The notes under the pieces are model-generated. The model was not told the origin of the DNA. It ran no database searches and was given only the letters and a program-made list of their open reading frames with translations. This document shows, piece after piece, positions 1 through 7,441 of a stretch of DNA of 14,168 nucleotides (position 1 is its first letter; each line of letters starts with the position of its first letter). Both the position numbers and the translations under genes were made by a program. The DNA lies in contig JBDRZD010000010.1 of assembly GCA_039803745.1 (NCBI GenBank), forward strand, positions 1-14,168, read 5' to 3'. The stretch comes from a candidate division WOR-3 bacterium. Lineage in GTDB: Bacteria > Hydrothermota > Hydrothermia > Hydrothermales > Hydrothermaceae.

Positions 1-749
1 CTTACATATCCTTCTAAGAATATTTTATCTTTTTCAAAAATGACTTTTAAAATTTCCCCTCCTTTTGTTTTCACAAGAATCTCTTTATCTTTTATTTTAA
101 ATTTTTCTTTTGCCAAAAAGGCGCTTGCCACAATCCCTGTTCCACATGCTAAAACCTCATCTTCAACCCCCCTTTCATATGTTCTTATAGAAATTAAATT
201 ATCCTTTTCTTTTTCAACAAAATCAACATTTGTCCCCTCTGGTTTAAAATATTCGTGAAATCTTATTTTTTCTCCAATTCTTTTAACATCAATTCTATCT
301 AAGTTTTTTAAAAAAATAACAGTATGGGGAACACCTGAGTTTATAAAACATAATTTGTATTTTATTCCTTGAATTTTAAAGTCAAATTTCGCCTCTCCTT
401 TTATTTTTAAACTTACCCTTACAAGCCCATTTTTATTTAAAATAAATCCTTCATGTTCTCCGTCATCAGAAATAAATCTAAAGTGTTTTTTATTTGTTTT
501 TAAAAAAGCATAGAATAAAAGGCATCTTGCACCATTGGCGCAAAATTCTGCTCTTGATGAATCAGAATTATAATAAATCATTCTAAAATCATAATTTTTT
601 TCTTCTTTATAAAAAAGAACACCATCAGCACCTATCCCAAATTTTCTATCACATAAAGATTTTATTTTTGGAAAAATCTTTTTTAAGTATTTATATTCAA
701 ATATTAAAAAATCGTTTCCTGAACCTGTAAATTTATAAAATCTTACTTT
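1..749 (-). CDS. dapF: Diaminopimelate epimerase (3' end runs off the window; start codon uncertain)
   Basis: Manual translation of the minus frame (absent from the ORF track) is open from 782 to the window edge: KVRFYKFTGSGNDF...LCDRKFGIGADG...YNSDSSRAEFCANGARC...NSGVPH...GTNVDFV...RTYERGVEDEVLACGTG...KTKGGEILKV...FLEGYV. These are the DapF signature blocks and include both catalytic Cys (CxNG, ACGTG). The 5' coordinate is approximate. Confidence 0.93.
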
Positions 750-3226
750 GAAGAACCTCCTACAGGTGCAAACAATTTTTCTTTAATTTTTAGCCATCTT
801 TCAAGTTTTTTTGGTTTTTTCCATTGCTTCTCTAAAATTTCTTTTGTTTTTTCAACTTCTTCTTTTGTAACAGTTTTTAAGAATTCTGCAAGTTCCCTGT
901 TTTTTTGAGCAAACTGTATTCCCTCTGCTGCTGAGAACCATTGTAATTGTAATCTATCACCTCTTATACCCATCCTTTCAATTCTTTTCTTAAGTGCTTC
1001 ATATCTTCTTAATGTATGTCTATTTGCAAAGTTATAATGGCAATCACCAATATGGCAACCTGACATTAAAACTGCGCCTGCGCCTCTATAAAAAGCATAC
1101 ATAACAAAATCAGGTCTTATTCTTGCTGAACACATTGTTCTTATTATTCTTCCAACTGGTGGATATTGAAAACGCGAAACACCTGCAAGATCAGCACCTG
1201 CATAGGAGCACCAGTTACAAGCAAAAATTATTACTTTTTCATGGGGATTTTCTTCAAGTAATGCATCAATCTGGGCATATATTGCCTCATCAGGAAAGTG
1301 TCCCATATCAAGTGCTTCCTGCGGACATTCTGCACCACAGGCACCACATCCTGCACAGGATGCCTCAACAAGTTTTGGTAAACTTCTTTCCTCTTTACTC
1401 CATATCCATGCATGATATGGACAAACATTTGCACACATTCCACAGGATTTACAAATTTCTGTATTCAACTCAGGTGTTAATGCTTCAACTGTTACCTCTC
1501 CCTGTGCCATAAGTATTCCTGCTCTTGCTGCTGAAGCAGAAGCCTGAGTTACAGAATCTTTTATATCCTTTGGTCCTTCTGCACATCCTGCAAGGAATAC
1601 ACCACCTATTGCAGTATCAACAGGTCTTAACTTTGGATGGGCTTCAAGGAAAAAACCATCATCTGTTGTTGCAAGTGCTAATATTTTTTGAAGTTCTTCT
1701 GAATCCTTCCTTGGAATAAGTCCAACTGAGAGAATAGCAAGTTCAACTTCAAGAGTTATCTTTTCTCCAAGAAGTGTATCCTCTGCATAGATTATTAAAT
1801 TTTTCTCCTTTGTCTCTTCAATCTTTGATGGCAAACCTCTTATAAAAACAATCCCTTCTTCTTTTGCTCTTCTGTACAGATCTTCAAAACCTTTACCAAA
1901 TGCCCTTATATCCTGATAAAAGACATATTGCTGAATCCATGGCCAGTGCTCTTTTATCAAAAGTGCATCTTTTATTGTATTCATACAGCAAACATTTGAG
2001 CAATATTTCCCTCCATTTCTCATTTCCCTTGAACCTACACATTGAATAAAAGCAACAGTATTTGGGATCTTCCAGTCTGATGGTCTTATAAGATTCCCTT
2101 CTGTTGGACCTGCTGCATTTATAAGCCTTTCAAATTCCATTGATGTAATAACATTTTCGTATATTCCATATCCATAATCATGATTCTTTGAGGGATCATA
2201 AACATCCATACCCGTTGCAACAATTATTGTTCCAACATCAATTTCAACAATTTCGTCCTTATCGTTAAAATTTATTGCTTTTTTATCACCGCAGGCTTTC
2301 AAACATTCCTCACATACTATTGTTCCTTTTTTAAGATTCAAGCATAAATCTTTATCTATAATGTATTTTGTTGGAACTGCTTGAGCAAAGGGTATATAGA
2401 TTGCTTTTCTTGCTCTTAATCCAACATCAAATTCATTTGGAGCAACTTGAGGACATACCTTTGCACAATCACCACAGGCAGTGCAATCCTTAGTCACATA
2501 TCTTGCCTTTTTCAAAATTTTTACATTAAAATTACCAATATATCCTGAAACCTCTTTGACCTCTGAATTTGTAAATATTTCTATATTTGGATGTCTTCCT
2601 GCTTCAGCCATCTTTGGAGCAAGAATACATATAGAACAGTCCATAGTTGGAAAAGTTTTGTCAATCTGAGCCATCCTTCCACCAATTGTTGGCTCTTTTT
2701 CAACAAGATAAACCTTATAACCAGTCTCTGCAAGGTCAAGAGCAGCCTGAATCCCTGCAACTCCACCACCTATAACAAGTGCCTTCCTTTTTATCTTAAC
2801 CTTTGATTCAATCCTCGGTTTTAAAAAATGTGCTCTTGCAACTGCTGCTTTTACAAGATCTTTTGCCTTTTCGGTTGCTTTCTCTTTTTCATAAAGATGA
2901 ACCCATGTGCATTGATCCCTTATGTTTGCCATTTCAAATAAATACTTGTTTAAGCCTGCCTCTTCTATTGCCTTTCTAAAAATTGGTTCATGTGTTCTTG
3001 GTGTGCATGCAGCGACAACAACTCTGTTTAATTTATATTCTTTTATGTCATTCTTTATCATATCCTGACCAGGATCAGAGCATGTGTATCTATATTCCTT
3101 CGCAACAACAACATTTGGTAAAGTGGAGGCGAATCTTGTTATCTCATACACATCTGCAATTCCACCTATATTTAATCCACAATGGCATATATAAACGCCT
3201 ATTCTTATTTCTTCATTTTCTTTCAT
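743..3226 (-). CDS. hdrA: Heterodisulfide reductase subunit A (FAD, Fe-S) fused to a C-terminal MvhD/FlxD [2Fe-2S] domain
   Basis: 827 aa. N-terminal cluster motifs (IGVYICHCG, CSDPGQ, AACTPRTHE, NIRDQC), Rossmann GGGVAG, KTFPTMDCSICIL, inserted ferredoxin (CTACGDCAKVCP, C..CEECLKAC), QCVGSR..YCSNVCCM, C-terminal ferredoxin (CKSCGMCANVCP, CAGCGACGAECP). From about aa 663, MvhD motifs: FACNWCSYAGADLAG, RTMCSAR, GCHIGDCHY. Confidence 0.96.
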   Translation of the reverse strand: MKENEEIRIGVYICHCGLNIGGIADVYEITRFASTLPNVVVAKEYRYTCSDPGQDMIKNDIKEYKLNRVVVAACTPRTHEPIFRKAIEEAGLNKYLFEMANIRDQCTWVHLYEKEKATEKAKDLVKAAVARAHFLKPRIESKVKIKRKALVIGGGVAGIQAALDLAETGYKVYLVEKEPTIGGRMAQIDKTFPTMDCSICILAPKMAEAGRHPNIEIFTNSEVKEVSGYIGNFNVKILKKARYVTKDCTACGDCAKVCPQVAPNEFDVGLRARKAIYIPFAQAVPTKYIIDKDLCLNLKKGTIVCEECLKACGDKKAINFNDKDEIVEIDVGTIIVATGMDVYDPSKNHDYGYGIYENVITSMEFERLINAAGPTEGNLIRPSDWKIPNTVAFIQCVGSREMRNGGKYCSNVCCMNTIKDALLIKEHWPWIQQYVFYQDIRAFGKGFEDLYRRAKEEGIVFIRGLPSKIEETKEKNLIIYAEDTLLGEKITLEVELAILSVGLIPRKDSEELQKILALATTDDGFFLEAHPKLRPVDTAIGGVFLAGCAEGPKDIKDSVTQASASAARAGILMAQGEVTVEALTPELNTEICKSCGMCANVCPYHAWIWSKEERSLPKLVEASCAGCGACGAECPQEALDMGHFPDEAIYAQIDALLEENPHEKVIIFACNWCSYAGADLAGVSRFQYPPVGRIIRTMCSARIRPDFVMYAFYRGAGAVLMSGCHIGDCHYNFANRHTLRRYEALKKRIERMGIRGDRLQLQWFSAAEGIQFAQKNRELAEFLKTVTKEEVEKTKEILEKQWKKPKKLERWLKIKEKLFAPVGGSSK
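755..761 (-). promoter_or_regulatory. Shine-Dalgarno-like site inside the 3' end of hdrA, ahead of the dapF frame
   Basis: AGGAGGT directly upstream of the codons for the conserved DapF N-terminus (TTC AAA GTA AGA TTT TAT AAA). Confidence 0.6.
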
Positions 3227-4086
3227 CCTACTCGCTCCTTTTTCTTTAAAACATTAAACACTTCAATTTTATGAAAATTAAAACCAATATTTTCTAAATT
3301 TTCACCCATTGCAAGCGCAAGAAGTTCAAAATAATAAAAAATCGGAACTTTATTTTCTCTTTTTGAAAGAATTTGTGCATTTTCAAACTGCATAAAACAT
3401 GAAGGACATATTACAACAATACCATCTGATTCTGAAACTCTGTTAATTTTATTTTCAGCAATTTTTAAAGAAATCTCTTTATCAGTTATAAAATTTGGTA
3501 ATCCACAGCACTCGGTCTTACCATCATATTCAAATACTTCTGCACCAAGAACCTTTACCATTTCCTCAAGAATTTTTGGATTTAAAGGGTCATCTGTTTG
3601 AGCAAATTCTGAAGGTCTTGAAAAATGACATCCAGGATGAACTGCAAGATTTAATCCTTCCAGTGGATTTTTAATTTTCTCTTTTATTTTTTCAATTCCT
3701 ATTTCTTTGTAAAGATAATTTAAAAGATGATAAACTTCTATTTTCCCCTGAAAATTAAGCCCATATTCTTTTAAAAATCCATTTGCCAAACTTTTTTTCT
3801 TTTCGTCCTTTTTTAAAATTTTATTTATTGTATTCAAACTCTCAAAACATCCATTACATAAAGTAACAAGTGGATTACCCTCTTTTTCTGCAATACTTAT
3901 ATTTCTTGAAGCAATTTTAAACCATGTATCTTCATCATACGATTTAACCCATATAGGGTCAGGACAGCAGGTAAATTCAAAAGATTCAACAAATTCAATA
4001 TCAAGATTTTTTAAAACACTAATTGCTGACTTTTCAAATCCTGGGTATCTTCTTTCAATTAAACAACCAGGATAAAGGGTTATCAT
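3223..4086 (-). CDS. hdrB: Heterodisulfide reductase subunit B (two CCG domains)
   Basis: 287 aa with two five-Cys motifs: YPGC-x31-CC-x35-CNGC and HPGC-x39-CC-x32-CPSC. Lies between hdrC and hdrA. Confidence 0.95.
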   Translation of the reverse strand: MITLYPGCLIERRYPGFEKSAISVLKNLDIEFVESFEFTCCPDPIWVKSYDEDTWFKIASRNISIAEKEGNPLVTLCNGCFESLNTINKILKKDEKKKSLANGFLKEYGLNFQGKIEVYHLLNYLYKEIGIEKIKEKIKNPLEGLNLAVHPGCHFSRPSEFAQTDDPLNPKILEEMVKVLGAEVFEYDGKTECCGLPNFITDKEISLKIAENKINRVSESDGIVVICPSCFMQFENAQILSKRENKVPIFYYFELLALAMGENLENIGFNFHKIEVFNVLKKKERVG

Positions 4087-4092
4087 AAATTA

Positions 4093-4100
4093 CCTCCTTA
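4093..4100 (-). promoter_or_regulatory. Shine-Dalgarno site of hdrB overlapping the hdrC stop codon
   Basis: Minus strand reads TAAGGAGG-TAATTT-ATG. Confidence 0.85.
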
Positions 4101-4553
4101 TTTTACAAAAACCTTTTCAATAATCTCTTTTTTATCTTTAATATCCGGATCAATACCAAGTGCCTCTCTCATTTTTCTAATCCTTTCTGTAGCAGATAGA
4201 ATGTGTCCATATTTTTTAATTGCTTCAATCTCCTCAATTACTTCTTTTGGAGCAAATCCTTTTTTAGTTGCTATATTTCTTAAAGCATAAATAAGTTCAA
4301 CAAAATTAACTTTCTGAGGGCAATTTTCTACACATTCATAACATGTTGTGCATCTCCATATATCAGGCTTTTCAATTATTTCAGGAATTCCAATATTTGC
4401 CATTTCAATTATCTTTCTTGGATTGAATTTATCAGGGAATTGCGAGAAAACAGGGCAAAAAGAAGAACATTTTCCACATTGATAACACATATTTAACTTA
4501 TTTTCATGAAAAATTTCTGTTAATTCTTTTTTAAATTGATGTGATACCTTCAT
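4098..4553 (-). CDS. hdrC: Heterodisulfide reductase subunit C (2x[4Fe-4S])
   Basis: 151 aa with CYQCGKCSSFCP, NPRKII and IWRCTTCYECVENCP; directly upstream of hdrB. Confidence 0.94.
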   Translation of the reverse strand: MKVSHQFKKELTEIFHENKLNMCYQCGKCSSFCPVFSQFPDKFNPRKIIEMANIGIPEIIEKPDIWRCTTCYECVENCPQKVNFVELIYALRNIATKKGFAPKEVIEEIEAIKKYGHILSATERIRKMREALGIDPDIKDKKEIIEKVFVK

Positions 4554-4559
4554 ATATCC

Positions 4560-5111
4560 TCACTTTTTAAATTTTTTGGCGTAATTAATTCCGACTTCAA
4601 AAGCCTTCAAATTTAAATCTATATAATCTTTTTTAACTGTTTCAGAGATTGCCTTTTTAAGTGAATCCGGTGAAACAATTTTTGTTAGTTCGCATAAAGC
4701 ACCAAGCATTATAACATTTGCAGTAAGTTTATTTCCAACTTCTTTTTCAGCGAGTCTTGTTGCAGGGATTGGATAAGTTTTTATATTTTCAGGGAGGTCA
4801 TAAATTTCAACAAGGTCTTCATCATATATGAGCATTCCATTTTCTTTTATTTTTTTTACATAAACAGAATAGGCTTCCTTTGACATACAAACAAGGACAT
4901 CAGGATTTGTAACTTTTGGATAATCAACAAGTTCATCAGGATTTTCTGAGATTACAACTCCTGATGCACTTGCTCCACCTCTTGCCTCAGGTCCATAACT
5001 CTGTGTCATTGATGAATTTCTTTTTTCACAAACTGTGATTGCATATCCTAAAATATAACTTGCTAAAACTATTCCCTGTCCGCCAAACCCTGCAAATTGT
5101 ATTTCTCTCAT
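4560..5111 (-). CDS. korC: 2-oxoacid:ferredoxin oxidoreductase gamma subunit
   Basis: EIQFAGFGGQG, QSYGPEARGGAS and ANVIMLGA motifs; follows the beta subunit with an ATGA overlap. Confidence 0.93.
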   Translation of the reverse strand: MREIQFAGFGGQGIVLASYILGYAITVCEKRNSSMTQSYGPEARGGASASGVVISENPDELVDYPKVTNPDVLVCMSKEAYSVYVKKIKENGMLIYDEDLVEIYDLPENIKTYPIPATRLAEKEVGNKLTANVIMLGALCELTKIVSPDSLKKAISETVKKDYIDLNLKAFEVGINYAKKFKK

Positions 5112-5953
5112 TTTTTAATCCCCTTTTCTTCTAAAAATTTTTGATAAATTTCAAGATAAGAAGGTTTTTCTATTTCAACGAATTCACCAACAACAATTTT
5201 ACCTCTAAAAGAAAGTTCTGCTTCTTTAGGGTCAATTCCATTTCTTATAACTGAATTCTCTTTATAATATCTCATTTCATCAATTGCATCGCCTATTTTA
5301 TTTGGTCTTCCAAATCCTGTTGGACAGGGAGAAATAACCTCTATAAAATTAAATCCCTTTCTTGAGAGTGCTTTTTTGATTGATTGCCTCAACTGGTATG
5401 CATGTAAAACAGTCCACCTTGCAACAAATGTTGCACCGCTTGAAGCAGCAAGATGGGGGAGATTAAAAGGATACTCAAAGTTTCCATAAGGTGTTGTTGT
5501 GGTGATTGCTTCAAGTGGTGTAGTGGGTCCGAATTGTCCTCCTGTCATTCCATAATTGAAATTATTTACACATATTACCGTGATATCCATATTTCTTCTT
5601 GCAGCATGGATTAAATGATTTCCACCAATTGCTGCAATATCTCCATCACCAGAAAAAACAATTACATTCAGGTCAGGTCTTGCAATTTTTAAACCTGTTG
5701 CAAATGCAATTGGTCTTCCATGGGTTGTATGGTATGAATCCACTCTTACATATCCTGCCACTCTTCCTGAACAACCAATTCCTGAAACTATTGCAATTTT
5801 TTCTCTTGGTATCTCAAGTTCCTTTATTGCATATAAAAGGGATGACATGGCTATTCCAAGACCGCATCCTGAGCACCATATATGGGGCAATCTTTCCTTT
5901 CTGAAATATTCTTCTAAAGGATGAACTTTTTCAATTAATTTTGTTTCTTCCAT
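5108..5953 (-). CDS. korB: 2-oxoacid:ferredoxin oxidoreductase beta subunit (TPP-binding)
   Basis: HIWCSGCG, SGIGCS, HTTHGR, TPP motif GDGD...NN, YGMTGGQ, SPCP. Confidence 0.94.
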   Translation of the reverse strand: MEETKLIEKVHPLEEYFRKERLPHIWCSGCGLGIAMSSLLYAIKELEIPREKIAIVSGIGCSGRVAGYVRVDSYHTTHGRPIAFATGLKIARPDLNVIVFSGDGDIAAIGGNHLIHAARRNMDITVICVNNFNYGMTGGQFGPTTPLEAITTTTPYGNFEYPFNLPHLAASSGATFVARWTVLHAYQLRQSIKKALSRKGFNFIEVISPCPTGFGRPNKIGDAIDEMRYYKENSVIRNGIDPKEAELSFRGKIVVGEFVEIEKPSYLEIYQKFLEEKGIKK

Positions 5954-7083
5954 ATTCCCTCCAAAATTTCATCAGGAGTGATTAACTCCCCACCAAGTTT
6001 ATGAACCCCTATTACAGGGACACTATTTACCCTTGCTCTCTCTACTTCTCTTCTTACCTGCCCCTGATTTATCTCTGCTACAACAAATTTTTCAATTTTT
6101 TTAGAAATTTCAGCAATTCTTTCTTCAGGGAAAGGCCATATTGTTATTAACCTGAAAAGACCTGCTTTAATTCCTTTCTTTCTTGCTTCCCTGACTGCCT
6201 TTAATGCTGCTCTTGCAGTTATTCCAAAGGAAACAACAACAATTTCTGCATCATCAAGCATAACTTCTTCGTATTCAATTATATCTTTTCTATTCTTTTG
6301 AATTTTATCAATCAGTCTTCTAACAAGTCTTTCATGGGCTTCACCTGTTATATCCGGATAACCTCTTTCATCATGAGTTAATCCTGTCATATGAACAAAA
6401 TAGCCTTCTCCTGCAATTGCCATAGGGGGAACAAGATCTTCATCAGGTATATAAGGCCAGTATTCTTCGGGTGAAACATTTGGTTTTTTTCTATCTATAA
6501 TCTCTATTTTTTCTTCAGGTGGAATAACAACTTTCTCTCTCAAATGTCCAACCGCTTCATCAGAAAGTATTGTTACAGGAACCCTATATTTTTCTGAAAG
6601 ATTGAATGCCTTTATTGTTAAATCAAACATCTCCTGGCAGGAGTTTGGAGCAAGGGCTATTATCTCATAATCTCCATGGGAGCCCCATCTTGCCTGCATT
6701 ACATCCCCTTGCCCTACAAGTGTTGGAAGTCCTGTTGAGGGTGCTCCTCTTTGAACATTTACAATTACACAGGGAACTTCAAGCATAACAGCAAGTCCTA
6801 TTCCTTCTACCATTAAAGAATAACCAGGACCAGAAGTTGCTGTCATTGATTTTACACCTCCACAGGAAGCACCAATTAAAGCAGTAATTGAAGCAATCTC
6901 ATCTTCCATCTGAATATAAATTCCTCCAAAAAGAGGAAGTCTTCTTGAAATCCATTCCGCAATCTCTGTTGAAGGTGTTATTGGATATCCAGCAAAGAAT
7001 CTGCAGCCTGCCGCAATTGCACCTTCTGCGCATGCATGATCCCCTAACATATAATGGGTGCCTGTCAAAATTTTTGCCTTCAT
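5935..7083 (-). CDS. korA: 2-oxoacid:ferredoxin oxidoreductase alpha subunit (likely 2-oxoglutarate type)
   Basis: GYPITPSTE, QMEDEIAS, TATSGPG, QRGAPSTGLPT, RWGSHGD, TGLTHDERG; no fused gamma domain. Substrate specificity is inferred from family resemblance only. Confidence 0.93.
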   Translation of the reverse strand: MKAKILTGTHYMLGDHACAEGAIAAGCRFFAGYPITPSTEIAEWISRRLPLFGGIYIQMEDEIASITALIGASCGGVKSMTATSGPGYSLMVEGIGLAVMLEVPCVIVNVQRGAPSTGLPTLVGQGDVMQARWGSHGDYEIIALAPNSCQEMFDLTIKAFNLSEKYRVPVTILSDEAVGHLREKVVIPPEEKIEIIDRKKPNVSPEEYWPYIPDEDLVPPMAIAGEGYFVHMTGLTHDERGYPDITGEAHERLVRRLIDKIQKNRKDIIEYEEVMLDDAEIVVVSFGITARAALKAVREARKKGIKAGLFRLITIWPFPEERIAEISKKIEKFVVAEINQGQVRREVERARVNSVPVIGVHKLGGELITPDEILEGIWKKQN

Positions 7084-7361
7084 TTTACAAGCTCCTTTTC
7101 AACAATTATAGCAAATTCAGGGCAAACCCTTTCACAAAATCCGCATCCAGTGCATTTTTCAGGATATTTTGTATAAGGTGGATGATAACCCTTTGAATTT
7201 AACCTATCTTTTCTTTCAAGAACACCACCCGGACAAAATTCTATACAAAAAGAACAGCCCTTACAGAGTTCCTCATTTATATGGACAATTCCCCTTTTCC
7301 TCTCTAACTTATCAAGATCTAAAGGCTTTCTCCAGAATCCTTTTGAGTTAGTTTTTTCCAT
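7080..7361 (-). CDS. korD: 2-oxoacid:ferredoxin oxidoreductase delta subunit (2x[4Fe-4S] ferredoxin)
   Basis: CKGCSFCIEFCP, NSKGYHPP, CTGCGFCERVCPEFAI; first gene of the operon, with AGGAGG 5 nt upstream. Confidence 0.92.
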   Translation of the reverse strand: MEKTNSKGFWRKPLDLDKLERKRGIVHINEELCKGCSFCIEFCPGGVLERKDRLNSKGYHPPYTKYPEKCTGCGFCERVCPEFAIIVEKELVK

Positions 7362-7366
7362 ATTTT

Positions 7367-7372
7367 CCTCCT
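7367..7372 (-). promoter_or_regulatory. Shine-Dalgarno site of korD
   Basis: Minus strand reads AGGAGG-AAAAT-ATG. Confidence 0.85.
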
Positions 7373-7388
7373 AAAAAATAAGAAGTTT

Positions 7389-7418
7389 ATTATAATAACT
7401 TTTTATTGAAAAAATCAA
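7389..7418 (-). promoter_or_regulatory. Putative sigma70-type promoter of the kor-hdr operon
   Basis: TTGATT (7418-7413), 18 nt spacer, TATAAT (7394-7389); about 27 nt upstream of the korD ATG. The AT-rich background lowers specificity. Confidence 0.55.
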
Positions 7419-7435
7419 ACTATTTACTTTAAAAT
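7406..7435 (+). promoter_or_regulatory. Putative sigma70-type promoter of the TPR-peptidase-cobB unit (leaderless geometry)
   Basis: TTGAAA (7406-7411), 18 nt spacer, TAAAAT (7430-7435), 6 nt, then ATG at 7442; no Shine-Dalgarno sequence. Confidence 0.5.
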
Positions 7436-7441
7436 TGAAAT

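Noticed and set aside
743..3226. Selenocysteine recoding in HdrA/MvhD
   Set aside because: The ORF has no internal TGA; the relevant motifs (DCSIC, CNWC, GCHIGDC) use Cys.
743..4553. Methanogenesis, sHdr sulfur oxidation or Qmo assignment
   Set aside because: Gene context is bacterial; a single hdrC/hdrB/hdrA set without the duplicated sHdr layout, lbpA, aprAB or qmoC.
40..7351. Short track ORFs antisense or out of frame within dapF, hdrA and kor (e.g. 40-258, 1123-1512, 1231-1443, 5599-5904, 6888-7196)
   Set aside because: They are fully nested in well-supported genes and show no recognisable motifs; shadow ORFs.
7406..7418. FNR box
   Set aside because: TTGAA-N3-ATCAA is one base short of TTGAT-N4-ATCAA and has a mismatch; better explained as overlapping -35 elements.
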